A stretch of 63,555 nucleotides of DNA, counting the filler, from Craspedostauros australis (taxonomy: Eukaryota): NCBI GenBank assembly GCA_030167865.1. It is 12 parts of 12 records of this genome, joined end to end, with 100 filler letters (N's around TTAATTAATTAA, not from the genome) between each part and the next. Parts side by side here need not be neighbours in the genome. Positions count along the whole stretch, not along the records: positions 31,300 to 39,686 come from JALAGF010006652.1; positions 39,787 to 42,871 come from JALAGF010006653.1; positions 42,972 to 53,034 come from JALAGF010006654.1; 9 more parts are not named here. One strand, given 5' to 3'. The translations under genes and the position numbers were made by a program. Below, one piece after another: positions 35,981 through 49,374 of the stretch. Positions within the stretch are counted from its first letter, which is position 1. Each line of letters opens with the position of its first letter. Below the pieces are notes generated by a model. That model was not told the origin of the DNA and did not search any database. It saw nothing but the letters and a program-made list of their open reading frames with translations.

Positions 35981-37350
35981 CGCCCCTTGATCTCGAGGTA
36001 GACCTGCATAGAACAGAGTTGTGACAAATGATGTGAGTGCTGGCTTTGCCAGCGCCTTTGTGAGCATATCCGCAAAGTTCCGTGCTGATGGGACATAGAC
36101 TGGTACAAGGACTCCAGCTCCCACAGCTTTGCGGACTCTGTGGAATGATATTGCTACGTGCTTCTTTTGTAGCAAGCTGTCTGCAATGGTTGTGTTCGAT
36201 ATCACTGCATTGTTGTCGCCGAACGTGATCGTTGGCGCTTTGACTGTGACTCCCAGGGATCGGAGTGCGTATCGGAGTGCAATGATTTCCTCGGTTGCCG
36301 AGCGCATTGCATTGAATTCTGCTCCGTACGTGGATGTTGCGACTAATGTCTGGCGTTTGCTAGAGAAATGTACTGGGGTGCGCCCCAGGAATATGATGAT
36401 GCCGGTGTTCGATCTCCGCGTGACCAGATCATGTGCATGGTCCGCATCGACGAATGCGCACATCTGGATCTCAGGATATATTGCTGCCGGTGCCTGATCG
36501 TCAATGTCCTCGGCCGCTTCGGGGTACTCTTCCTTCATCTGTGCAACCATCTCCGGGTTGGGTGATTCTGGATTGAAGTTCTCGAATGCGATGGGCTTTG
36601 AGTCGATCATGGTTCTGAGCGTTGATTTGTTCTTGAGGTATCCCCATATCTTAAGTGCTCGTGTGAGATGCCCTTTCCGTGGTGTCGACGTGAAACGTGA
36701 GAGAGAAGAGGTTGCAAATGCGACGTCGAAACGTCCGAGCTGTACAACCCAGTTCAGCATGCCAATGAGCTGCTGGAACTGTTGCTGCTCGTCAGGTGTT
36801 AGTAGTGGTGTATCATCCGTTTCCGGGTGATCCTTGCTCTTCATGGGTACATGTTGGTCATGCAGTTCCCCATGGAGCCATTCGATCTTGTCCAGAGCAT
36901 TGGAAATGTATTTGTCGCATCCGACGCTCCATTTTCCTTTTGCGTTCCTGGAGTATTTGTTGCCAAGATAGTATTTCGGCGGTCCGATGTCTTTGACTGT
37001 GTAGACTTGTTGGATTGCATTCATGTACTGATCTGGGTCTTTGGCGACTATCTTGAAGTCGTCCACGTGGGTGCAGATGTAATCATAACCAGAGTTGTCT
37101 CTGCGCTGGATCATACATCTTGATCATGCCGGGATGGCATGAATCCCATTGATGAGAGAGTGTTAGCGAAGTGTGCATGGAATCGTTGAGCGCTCGACCG
37201 AAGACCGTACAGTGCTTTCTTGAGCACAATGACTTGTCCTTCTTTGTCGTCGAATGCCTTTCCTGCTGTCGCGTAGATCTTCTCATTGGTGTATGCATTG
37301 ACGAATGCGTTGCCGACATCGCCGCATAGCTGTTGCAGATTGTTTGCATC
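35978..37350 (-). pseudogene. Ty1/copia (CoDi-like) RT-RNase H, frameshifted near 37112 and interrupted at 37351 by an LTR
   Basis: RT motifs GDVGNAF, KALYGLRSS and THVDD. RNase H motifs FVDADHAHDLVTRRSNTG, STYGAEF, FGDN and NFADMLTK. Confidence 0.93.
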
Positions 37351-37928
37351 TGTCAGGAATCGGGTGTTCTGAAACACCATATTGCCGCACCTCCCAATAG
37401 TAAGGAGCCGAACGTCGATATATTCTACATTACCGCAACTCCCACGTTTGATCATTGTGACACAGAAAAATGTGAGCTGCACGTAACTCGCGGTGGAGAA
37501 CGTCACGTGCCGAATGCGAACCATGCCTGACGTTCATGACTCCAATGCAGGAATGCGAAGCACACGTGCATGTCGCAGGGGGCGGGGATGTTGGAATCGT
37601 GACCAACATCACGATACGAGCGACTACGGCCCCCATGTCGCAACCAATGAGAAAAGAGTACTGGAGGAAGNNNNNNNNNNNNNNNNNNNNNNNNNNNNNN
37701 NNNNNNNNNNNNNNNNNNNNNNNNNNNNNNNNNNNNNNNNNNNNNNNNNNNNNNNNNNNNNNNNNNNNNNNNNNNNNNACCAGAGTCGATCGGAGATGAT
37801 CGGAGATGTCTGATGATCAAGGAGCTGAACGAGCTCCCAACCAAGGCGTTCCCGCAACGCATGGGAGACCGTGATCTGATCGAATGAGCCGATCTGTGTC
37901 ATGCCTACGACTCGGTGATGTCTGAGGC
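37351..37928 (+). mobile_element. LTR (TGTCAGGAATC family), partial, inserted into the copia RT
   Basis: Starts TGTCAGGAATCGGG and carries the family motif ATTGCCGCACCTCCCAATA. 37780-37923 is homologous to 38090-38236. Contains an N gap. Confidence 0.7.
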
Positions 37929-38491
37929 TGTCAGGAATCGGGGGTACGACTTTGTCAAGATACCCATGATTGCCGCACCTCCCAATAATATCTTCACGAC
38001 TCAATGGATTCANNNNNNNNNNNNNNNNNNNNNNNNNNNNNNNNNNNNNNNNNNNNNNNNNNGAAGAAACAGAGAGAAACGATCGGAGTCGACCGGAGTT
38101 GATCGGAGATGATCGGAGATGTTTGATGATCAAGGAGCTGGACGACTCCCCAACCAAGGCGTTCCCGCAACGCATGAGATATCGTGATCTGATCGAATGA
38201 GCCGATCTGTGTCATGCCTACGACTCGTTGATGTCTACGGCATCGAAACTATCAGCGGAGGACATCGTGCTAATGTGCACGAACATGGGGTACTCGGTGG
38301 TGCATGCATGTCTATGATGAATTTGCGATGAATGCAAGATGGATGCCTGCTAGACCAACAGAGGGACCCGCGGCGATCTCAGGAGGAGATTGGACTTTGC
38401 AATTGAGAGCCATGAAGAGCTCACAGTTCAGAGAAGTAGATTCTAACAAACGATTAGTTCTCTACTATCACACCACCCCGGATTTCCAACA
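37929..38491 (+). mobile_element. Solo LTR of the same family with a candidate 5-bp TSD (GAGGC)
   Basis: TGTCAGGAATCGGGGGTACGAC...GGATTTCCAACA, with GAGGC at 37924-37928 and 38492-38496. Contains an N gap. Confidence 0.75.
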
Positions 38492-38918
38492 GAGGCATTG
38501 ATCCAGACAATCTAGACTTGGAACCACTTGATAACGATGCTGTTGTCCATCCTTCGGATGACAACACAGTCATTTGGACCCCTGATGACTTTGATCTGGA
38601 CGATGACAACGATGACACTTATGGAGATGACTTGGACGCAACAGATCCCAAGAGTAGCACCTCCAACTCCAACAGCAACTACCTCATATCAGAAGAGAAC
38701 GAAAATGCAGCTTCTACGCAGGATAACAACACCTCGAACACCAACAATGACAATCCCACTCCTACAATTGCACTTGCATCCACCCGCAACACCAAATCCG
38801 ATGCAGCAAAGCTGGCAAGCATGAGCCTGAAGTGNNNNNNNNNNNNNNNNNNNNNNNNNNNNNNNNNNNNNNNNNNNNNNNNNNCAACAAGCCATCATCC
38901 ACCTTCATCATCATCATC

Positions 38919-39686
38919 ATGAGTACCTACGAGACCAAGTCCGACCGTATCGTCTACTTCGACGGTAAGAAGGAGAACTGGAAGTTCTGGCACGCCAAGT
39001 TCCTCTGTCGCGCTAAACGTCGTGGTTATCGCGACATGCTCTTGAAGCCCTACTCCGATGTGAAGGTGACTGCTCCCTCCGCCGCAGCCGAGTCCCTGCT
39101 CGCAACGATCAAGTCTGATCCAGGCGCCAAACTCAAGGCGAGTACCAAGTCTGGTACCAAACCAAGCGCTGCGGATCTAGCGGAGTACAAGGCAGCAATG
39201 GCAANNNNNNNNNNNNNNNNNNNNNNNNNNNNNNNNNNNNNNNNNNNNNNNNNNNNNNNNNNNNNNNNNNNNNNNNNNNNNNNNNNNNNNNNNNNNNNNN
39301 NNNNNNNNNNNNNNNNNNNNGCAGCTTGGGTGGCCCTCGGACGCGTCTACGAGCAGCGCACTGCGCCTATGAAGGCAAAGTTGCTGGCGGAGCTCAATGC
39401 GATGCGATTGAAAAAGGGAGAGAATCCGGATCTCTTCTTGACGGACATGGAGGTCCTTCGCAACCGATTGATCGACCAAGAGGTGATCATCGATACGGAG
39501 CAGTTCAACATGCTCGTGCTCAACGCACTCTGCCGCGAGTACGAGATGGACGTGAAACTGCTCGAACTCAAGTTCCATGGAAAGGAACGAGAGATGACTG
39601 TAGGCGACATCCGCGAAGCTGTGAGCCTCACCTACGACCGCCACCATCTCAAACATGGTTATAAGCGCGCAGGCAACAGCAGCAAC
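38919..39686 (+). mobile_element. Copia gag, partial; same family as 1-1654
   Basis: MSTYETKSDRIVYFDGKKENWKFWHAKF and FLTDMEVLRNRL...IREAVSLTYDRHH closely match the first contig's gag. Confidence 0.9.
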
Positions 39687-39786
39687 NNNNNNNNNNNNNN
39701 NNNNNNNNNNNNNNNNNNNNNNNNNNNNNNTTAATTAATTAANNNNNNNNNNNNNNNNNNNNNNNNNNNNNNNNNNNNNNNNNNNN

Positions 39787-42700
39787 GTCAAAGTGTTGCA
39801 CTGACACGCCCACATCCCGAGTGTATTCCACAGCGTGAATCCCGGCCATCTTGTTGTCACACGCGACGATGATTTCCTTTCCTTGCACCGCTGGGCCGGC
39901 CCCGTGCGCCTCTATGATCGCTTCAACCCTACGTAGGGCTTGCAGGATGCCACCTATCTCGGCTCTGTATGCGCTCTTACCTCCTCGCGCCCTGGGACTG
40001 CGCTTGCTGCCGACACTTGGCCTCGCCTCTGCCCTTGGATATTGAGAGAGTATGCTGCAGTGCTCCGTCCGTTTTTGTACGACCCATCGGTACTGATAAC
40101 CGCCTTGCCTTGGAGCACCGCCTCCAGCCACCGCTGCTTGGACCGTCTCACCCGCGTGTTGTGCTGGTTTCCGTGGCGTCCTGCTCGGCCCCCTGTACCC
40201 ACAACTCGCATTCGTTCTGGCCGCTCCCGCACATAGACCACCCTCCAGTCTTCTGGCGGCTCCTTCGCCGTTTCTCCCGATCGTACGTATTCTGCTACGC
40301 CTGAGGCCTTGCCTCCATATGCGTTCCATCGTCGCCATTTGTGTGCCTTCTCTCGCGCCCATATTATCCTTCCATCATCACTGCGTATTGCGCCGACGTT
40401 TGTGATATCCCACATCGTCCCTTGCCGTGCCGCTGTCGCTACTCGTCGGAGTGCTTGGTCCCACAACTTCCAGTCCTTTCACGGCACCTTGCCTTGCCGT
40501 GGCCAGTTGATGTGCCTCTGTCCTTGCCATTTTCCTTCATCGCTGTACTGTTGCCTGGCCATTACTCTTTGGCGGCGCTCATCAATCACGTCTGCCACGC
40601 TTACCACTTGCATGATAATGCGGCATCGGTTCAGCCGAACTTGTTGCACCCTGCTGTAGCCTTCATCGCGAAACGCTACCATGAGCCATTCATCTTTGTC
40701 TTGTGCAAGCGCTGCCGTTGCTGTCTTCTCCCGGATCCTGATGCCGCACTCGCTGGCTTCCTTCCACACGGTCTTGACCCAACATGCTGTCGCCAAGAAC
40801 TCCCACTCCTTGTATCCGATCTCAAATAAGGATGTGCCCACTCCTACTTCCNTCTTCATTGCTTGTATGCTCCCTCTCATCAGCTTGCCGGTCATTGTCA
40901 TCCTTTCGCCATGCTCAAGGACCATCTTCATGTGTTCCACCACTTGCGTTGTATGCAACTCATGCAGGTCTGCACCCAGCCACCCTGCTGTTGCATACGC
41001 CATTTCTCTTGGGAACCCCTTATTGAAGCCCACTTTCGACATCATAGTCTTCCACACTGGCTTCAAAATGCCGTTGCACTGCTCTCTTGACAATTGGGCC
41101 ACCGGTAACACATACTCCAGCTTCTTCATCAGCACTGTTCGCACCGCAAATTCGGCGTCTTCCTGTCTCATGCGCCACGTTCGCACTTTCTCAACCAATT
41201 GCTCCGCTTTTTTTCCGTAGCGTTGTCTCGATCGCCGAGTCATTGCCATCCAGCGCAAGCTTCACTCCCAGTGTTTCAAACGCCTGGTGGCACCCGCTTC
41301 TTGGCATCGCCTGTGGTATCCCTGTCGTTCCCTTCATCATCAGTTCGGCTGGCGTCTCCTCGTCCGTGGCATATCTCCATGCGCCGTCCACATTCCACTT
41401 GAAATCGACAGCCCACCACATGCATTTCTCTACGACCAATGCTCCGCTAGTTGCCCTTGCTAGGCTCTCCCATGATTGCACGCTCCGTTGCATGCGTTGT
41501 ATGGTTTGCTGTACATCTTCTCCATCTCGTGCGTTCACAACTAGATCTGTATCGTCCACGAATGCGTAGCCCACCATTTCGACATCCTCATTACTCACCG
41601 CAGTTCGGAAGCTGGCGGTGTGCCCTTCACTTTTCATAATGTCCAGCACTGGTGAGGAGATAACCGCCCATATTACAGGGCCCGCTCCATTCTCTTGGTA
41701 AATGCCTTGCATTGGCACCACCCACCTTTTACCGCCATATGTCAGTCTGGACTTGCTGTATGCAGTTCTGATGTAGTGCTCAAGCTGTTGGAGCGTGCTG
41801 AACATGCACACCACTTCTGACTGTGCGATTCCCTGCCGTTGCAATCCCATCGACGCCACCGTATGTACAATCCGATCGTAGCAACTCTTCAGGTCGTTAG
41901 TGCATAACACCGTTGGTATTCGTGTTTGCCTCGCCCAGTCCATTGTGAGTTGCTTCTTCAACGCATGGTCTATCGCCCGATGCCGCTTCCTGCTGCTGTA
42001 CTGTTCCTCTGCGAACCCGTCTTGTTGTTCCGCTTGGTGGGCCGCCTTCCTTGCGATCGCTTTGTTCGCAAAGTTGAAGTCAGCCTCAAAGAGAACGATT
42101 GTTCTGAGCTTATCGACTCGGAAACTATTCGCCTTCTTCATCAATTCCACATCCGTGCCTTTCCTCCACCTTTGGTATGAGTATCCGCTCACCATCGCCA
42201 CCGAGGTCATACTTGCTTCAAATTCCGAGTTCCCTCGGTGATATGCGATGGCCTTGAAGTGGCCGAAGTGTAACCCTGATGGTCCCGCCGATGTGTCCTC
42301 CTTGGCTTTCCTCCATCCTTGTTGGAATTCGTCTGTCGTCATTCCTGCTGGTATGCTTCTGCTTGCGACCGATTGCAACCCTGACAGAAGCTTCTTGGCA
42401 CCTTCATCCACCCATTGTCGTGGCTCATACGTCCCGCTGAGCGTTTTCTCTGCGGCGTCGGTTACTCCAAGGTATCCAAACTCCTGTGCAAGCTGCCCAT
42501 GCATGAATGGTGTTTCTTCTGTCTGCCGAAACCTTCNCTTGTTTTCCTCCATGCACCCTCGCTCGATCTCCTCCTTGCCTGTTCTCTCGACCCACTGCCC
42601 ATTGCTGTCGGGCGCGATCACCATCGATATCCCTGCCGTTGCGTTGTTGCCTGATGCCATGCGTATTCTCCGATATGTCGCCCGTACTCTTTCCTTCTTC

Positions 42701-42871
42701 CGCAGCTGGAGTAATTGTTGTGCCGTTGCCTCTCCCGCGCTCATTTCTTGTGCGCCGCCGATGTCGTTCGCTTTCTGTTCTGCACGCTTTCTGACTTCCT
42801 CGAGTCCTCTTGCTTCCGCCAACCCCTCCAGTTAGAGCATGCATGTTACTCTAAGCGTCACTGGACGTCAA
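39787..42871 (-). pseudogene. Non-LTR retrotransposon (LINE) RT plus C-terminal RNase H, with several frameshifts
   Basis: RT motifs SAGPSGLH, KLRTIVLFEADFN, NDLKSCYDRI, QGIYQENGAGP and AFVDDTD. RNase H motifs STDGSY, SAYRAEIGG and ACDN. Confidence 0.92.
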
Positions 42872-43367
42872 NNNNNNNNNNNNNNNNNNNNNNNNNNNNN
42901 NNNNNNNNNNNNNNNTTAATTAATTAANNNNNNNNNNNNNNNNNNNNNNNNNNNNNNNNNNNNNNNNNNNNGGAGGGGAAGGGAAAACGGCGTTTTTTTG
43001 TAAAAGCGACTCAGAAAGAATAGAAAGTGGGTCCATTGTTGCTATTTTCCAAATTTTCCTGCTGTTCGTTGGAATCAGTCATTTCACAGGTTTCGCTGTT
43101 GCTTTCCTCGTGTATTTGTGACTTGCTTTGGGTTTGGGACAACAAGTCCATTGGTCATCGCGACTTCGTCCGCAACTCGAAGGCACACATTGCCACGACC
43201 CTCCCTGTACCGACTAATGGCACACCAACCTACCATGGTGACATTGCAACCTGCTTCTCTCCTCCTCCCCATGCATGCTATGCACAGTTCTTGTTATGTT
43301 GTTGTTGTTGTACCATATAGACTATAGTCTATAACTGTGAGCTGGAGGCGCTGTTGTACCGCCTCGT

Positions 43368-43584
43368 TTATTCCACAGGAGACCTGCATTGGGCACAGAT
43401 ACTGTAAGCAGGTCTTGTCTTGCCGTGTGATTGCATGCAATTGTGTATGCCAGCATATGCATAGTGCACGCACAGGCGGAACACGTGGTGGCACTGGCCG
43501 CTCCCACAGTGGATCAGGTGAAGCGTGCTGGACGTGTGGTTGAGTGTCAGGATGTTGGATGCAGATGGTGCACAGCGCATCCAT
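43368..43584 (-). pseudogene. Decayed RING-finger-like coding remnant
   Basis: CTIC in one frame, then CHHVFRLC...ICAQCRSPVE* in another. Together they fit RING spacing with one frameshift and one ligand missing. Confidence 0.45.
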
Positions 43585-44474
43585 GCCAGCTACTCTGGAG
43601 GAACCATGGTCTCAACATTCGGCATGCCATGTGTCATGGCTAGAAGCCGTATTGCTCTGCTTGGATCGGTTTCCAGTAGGTTCTGGGCAAGCTGATGGAG
43701 GTGGGGAGGTATGGGCATTTGCGGTAGCTCTAATATGGCTTCACAACGATTCCTTGCACTTGGACAACATGCCATGCTTGGCTTCTTCCCAGAGCTTGTG
43801 ATTTCGGCCGGACCCTTGTTGTAGTGCCATGTGTTGGAGCTCGTAAGTTGCTTTGGTTTGCCAGTTCATGTCCTTGTGGTGGTGCAATCTTCACGGAGAT
43901 ATGGGACTGTGCTTTCTGTACTCTATTGACCGTGCACCCCATATCATCCCGTCCAGGCCGTCTCCGTGCTGGGCGTCCATGATGGTGGTGGTTGTCATGT
44001 GCCTGATTCCTTTTGGCGGAGTGCTGCTTTTACGTTTCAGGATGTGGAGAGCTTGGACGAGCAGGCCAGCTCTCCAAGCATGAACCTTGGGGAGCACGAT
44101 GATGTCCCAGACTAGTTCAATGCAGGAGTCCCAAAATTATCTGCCTGCATGCACTGTTGTTGTTCTTATGCTACACAAGCAACTCCTTGTTGCTCTGTCA
44201 TGTGTTCACAAACAACACAATCATGATTGTGTTCAAAGTGTTTTATGCTCCTATTGCTCCTCTTGCTTCTCTTTGTTTTCTTTGTTCTTTCCTCTACCTT
44301 CAGAGACCTGGATTGCTCCTCCAGTCCAATTTGGTTCAGCCTGGGTTACTTCCTTGGTTGGCACAGCCAACTGAAGTTTTTTCAGCAGTCTTTGCGACGA
44401 ATAGATTGAAAAGTGGTTGTTGTTATTGCTATTTCTAATTTTGTTGGTTTATTGCATGTGAGTATTGCTTATTC

Positions 44475-45462
44475 TTACGGTTCCACCAGGGAATCCAACC
44501 AATCATCCATCTCTTGGATGGTCCGCATTGTTCGGTTGAGGTTAAACAGTGGATTTGTATGTTTCAGTTCCAATTGCGTGATTGTGGCAACCGAGTACAT
44601 TGTGTACTGGTGCTTCTCCAGCAAGTGCCGCCATTTTTGCTTCAGGCACTTCCAGTTCTTGAACCTTTTATGCACAGTTTCATGCCGTGCACGAATCACG
44701 CCATTGCGTCGTGTGCGATCCAAGCAGCAGCTTTGCTCACCTCTGTACCCACGGTCTGCAATGACCTGTTCATTCGGATCCAATGCATGCAGTAGCTTCT
44801 CACGATAAATCTTGATGTCTGGCCACTCCCCACAAGGATATGGTCCGTCCACCCACACAAGGTGCCCTGTCACAATGGAGATACAAGTTTCATATCGNAG
44901 CCCTGCAGCTTGGAATTTGTGGGAATACCAGCCTGGATCATACAATGCAGGCTCCATGATGAGGAAGTCAGTACCGTCTACNGATGCCATTGTTGTTGTT
45001 CCTGGTGGACAGCCAATTTTCCGATCTTCAAAGCATATCTGGGATAAGATCAACNCATGTGAACATTGGCAAAGGCAGAGATTGTGAGAGATATGGCACA
45101 CAATTCATCAATTGCAGCATACAGATTGCGGTTCCTCTGTTGATGTTCCCAAGTTGTGTCACTTACAAGTTCTCGGCTAAGGAGAGCCAATGCACGAAGG
45201 ATAATCCAGGTCCACTTCTGTACAGTTTTCACATCCTTTCCCATTCGTCCTGCCAGCACACCCCATGTTGGATATTGTTTGAGANNNNNNNNNNNNNNNN
45301 NNNNNNNNNNNNNNNNNNNNNNNNNNNNNNNNNNNNNNNNNNNNNNNNNNNNNNNNNNNNNNNNNNNNNNNNNNNNNNNNNNNNNNNNNNNNNNNNNNNN
45401 NNNNNNNNNNNNNNNNNNNNNNCAATGGTTGTCTCAGTTGTTTCTGTGGTTTCAGATGCCAT
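44475..45462 (-). CDS. ISL2EU/PIF-Harbinger-type DDE transposase (DDE_Tnp_4-like); intron 45039-45166; N gap in exon 1
   Basis: HTH-like GKDVKTVQKWTW. The GTAAGT...CCCAG intron restores REL|ICFEDR in frame. Catalytic VDGTD, ADRGY and RHETV; also YSHKF. Confidence 0.88.
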
Positions 45463-45699
45463 TCTGATGTATCTTGGTATGCCAACAGGATGGAGGACAA
45501 AATTGTGACATCCACTAGTGCAATATTCAATTCAGCAACAGAGAGGAACACAGACAGGACAAGCACTGCCATTGTCCTTTGAGCTGAACATACAATAACA
45601 TGGAAACTTCAGCATGTTGTTTGGCTCGTTGATCTTGGCTGTCTGTGGAGGTTTGGCTTGGCACAAAAACGACAATTCTAACAAGACGGCCGTACAGAG

Positions 45700-48290
45700 A
45701 CATGGAAGAGGATTGGACATGTTGGATGTGATTGTTCGCGAGTAATTCGCACATGCGATGTTGTTGATATCGTGTATGTCGTGTCTGTCATGTCCGTGCA
45801 GTGTTGTTGCAACAAACCGGGTACGGAGTCATCGAACACACAGGGTCTGGTCGTGGTGTTTTGTTAACCGTGCAACACGAGCAAAACAGACAGGCAACAC
45901 CATCATGAACCAAACATGACCAGCATCGACAGAAAGAGACAGAGGAGGATTGGACATGTTGGGTCTGATTGTTCCTGGACCTTTTTGTACATGCGATGTT
46001 GTTCACATTGTGTCTGTCGTGTCTGTCATGTCTGTGCAGTGTTGTCGCAACAAACCGGGTACGGAGTCATCGAACACACAGGGTCTGGTTGTGGTATTTT
46101 GGCCACCGCACAACACCAGCCAAACACACAGGCACAATCATCACGAACCAAACATGACCAGTGCAAACAGAGACATGGAAGAGGATTGGACATGTTGGAT
46201 GTGATTGTTCGCGAGTAATTCGCACATGCGATGTTGTTGATATCGTGTATGTCGTGTCTGTCATGTCCGCGCAGTGTCGCCGCAACAAACCGGGTACGGA
46301 GTCATCGAACACACAGGGTCTGGTCGTGGTGTTTTGTCAACTGTGCAACCCAAGCAAAACAAACAGGCACAATCATCATGAACCAAACATGACGATTGTC
46401 GACAAGCAGAGACAGAGGAGGATTGGGCATGTTGGTTCTGATTGTTCCTGGACCTTTTTGTACATGCGATGTTGTTCACATTGTGTCTGTCGTGTCTGTT
46501 ATGTCCGTGCAGTGTTATCGCAACAAACCGGGTACGGAGTCATCGAACACACAGGGTCTGGTTGTGGTATTTTGGCAACCGTGCAACACCAGCCAAACAC
46601 ACAGGCACAATCATCACGAACCAAACACAACCGCTGTCAACAGACAGAGACAGAGACGAAGAACAGGAGGACCCTGTCTGTCTGTGTACGAATATTTATG
46701 CATGTACAATGTTGTTGTTATTGTCAATGTTGCTATTTAGCTTGTCTCTGTGCAGGACTATTGCAACCAACCAGCACCGGAGAGTCATCGAACACACAGG
46801 GTCTTGTTATGGTATTTTGGCAACCGCACAACACCAGCCAAACACACAGGCACAATCATCACGAACCAAACACAACCGCTGTCAACAGAGAGAGACAGAG
46901 ACGAAGAACAGGAGGACCGTGTCTGTCTGTGTGCGAGTATTTATGCACATGTGATGTTGTTGTTATCGTCAATGTTGCTATTTAGCCTGTCTCTGTGCAG
47001 GACCATTGCGACCAACCAGCAGTGGAGAGTCATCGAACACACAGGGTCTGGTTGTCGTACTTTTTCGATCGCGCAACATCAGCCAAACACACAGGCGAAA
47101 TCATCACGAACCAAACATGACCAGCACCCACAGACAGAGACAGAGAGACGAAGAACAGGAGGACTGTGTCTGTCTGTGTGCGAATAATTATGCACATGTG
47201 ATGTTGTTGTTATTGTCAATGTTGCTATTTAGCCTGTCTCTGTGCAGGACCATTGCAACCAACCAGCACCGGAGAGTCATCGAACACACAGGGTCTGCTT
47301 GTCGTACTTTTTCGATCGCGCAACACCAGCCAAACACACAGGCGAAATCATCACGAACCAAACATGACCAGCACCCACAGACAGAGACAGAGAGACGAAG
47401 AACAGGAGGACTGTGTCTGTCTGTGTGCGAATAATTATGCACATGTGATGTTGTTGTTATTGTCAATGTTGCTATTTAGCCTGTCTCTGTGCAGGACCAT
47501 TGCAACCAACCAGCACCGAAGAGTTATGGAACACACAGGGTCTGCTTGTCGTACTTTTCTGACCACACAACACCAGCCAAACACACAGGCGAAATCATCA
47601 CGAACCAAACATGACCAGCATCGACAGACAGAGAGACAGAGACGAAGAACAGGAGGACCGTGTCTGTCTGTGTGCGAGCATTTATGCACATGTGATGTTG
47701 TTGTTATTGTCAATGTTGCTATTTAGCCTGTCTCTGTGCAGGACTATTGCAACCAACCAGCACCGGAGAGTCATCGAACACACAGGGTCTGGTTGTCGTA
47801 CTTTTTCGATCGCGCAACACCAGCCAAACACACAGGCGAAATCATCACGAACCAAACATGACCAGCATCGACAGACAGAGAGAGACAGAGACGAAGAACA
47901 AGAGGACCATGTCTGTCTGTGTGCGAATAATTATGCACGTGTGATGTTGTTGTTATTGCCAATGTTGCTATTTAGCCTGTTTCTGTGCAGGACTATTGCA
48001 ACCAACCAGCACCAGAGAGTCATCGAACACACAGGGTCTGGTTGTCGTACTTTTTCGATCGCGCAACACCAGCCAAACACACAGGCGAAATCATCACGAA
48101 CCAAACATGACCAGCATCGACAGACACAGAGGAGGATTGGACGGGCTGGGTTGGATTGTCCTCAATCCATTTTGTGCGTACATGTTGTGTCCATGTACTA
48201 CCATCCCAACAAACCGGGTACAGAGTGTTGAGAATCAGGACTAATCGTAGTAAGTCATCAAGCACGCAACACAAGCAAAACAGACAGGCT
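45700..48290. repeat. Tandem satellite: 10 clear units plus degenerate ends, period 235-249 bp
   Basis: Core GTCATCGAACACACAGGGTCT at 45828, 46066, 46301, 46539, 46784, 47029, 47276, 47523 (variant), 47770 and 48019. Confidence 0.95.
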
Positions 48291-49374
48291 AATTTGTGAC
48301 GAACCGAACATCACCATCAGACCCAGACACAGAGACGAAGGTCGGGAGTATTTTGTCACAAGTGCCATGTTTGACTGGGCATGTTTCCCTCGGACGTTGA
48401 TATTGTTTGTTGCATTTCGCCCTGGATCCGTGGAACACATTCTTCTTTTTGTCGTCTCGTCCTCGCTTTCCGCATAGAGCCAGTGTTTTTCCTGTATCGC
48501 CTTGGGCCCATTCGCCCGACATGTTGGTTGGTTCGTCTGTACACTGCAGTTTTAAACGGTCTGCTCCATGTGGCACGATGTGCCAGGAATATTGCCGTGG
48601 TTGTTGCAGTTTTGAACTGACACATTCAGGAGGAATGGTGCAATCAATACCATTTGGGCATTTGTTAGTCCCTTTTCAGTACTGGTTGACGTGNNNNNNN
48701 NNNNNNNNNNNNNNNNNNNNNNNNNNNNNNNNNNNNNNNNNNNNNNNNNNNNNNNNNNNNNNNNNNNNNNNNNNNNNATGTGACAAAATTGGGACTATGT
48801 GAGTCCTTGAGATGACCGATTTGGACCGAAATACCTTGATTTTGGACCACTGTGATGCCATTTGGTGTGTTTATCTACTGTGACATTGATACGTATCCGT
48901 ATCCACTAGGTCGTATTCAACCACCCCAATGGATTGTCCGATCGTGCATGGACTGTTTGCGACATTCCAAGACACTCGCCACCAACACCGAGGAATGGGG
49001 CATTTCGATTCGCTTGTCGTCGATTCACCAGGTTGTACTCGACCACACAGGCTAATTGTCCGATACTGATTCGTCTTTTTGCGGTAACACGGGAAGGTAT
49101 TGGCATCACAGCGAACTCACGATCGTGCTTGTTTCGTTTTCGCACGAAGTCGTAACGGGAGAAACCAAACATGCCATGCCAACGGACCAGGACGCCCACA
49201 CACACAACACACACAACACAGAGAGAGAGAGAGAGAGGTGTTGGAAAACGATGGCAACATTTGCACCATCAACCCACATGCCCACATGTTCCCCCCAAAA
49301 CAAATCAATGTGGCCATAAAAACAAAATCGCAACACTCACACACACACACTCACCCACACACCAACGAATCGGT

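Noticed and set aside
38497..38834. Acidic ORF after the solo LTR as a host gene
   Set aside because: Low-complexity, no clear start and bounded by a gap; more likely a retroelement spacer fragment.
45788..48274. Repetitive ORFs in the ~245-bp satellite
   Set aside because: Unit lengths are mostly not multiples of 3, frames shift between units, and stops recur.
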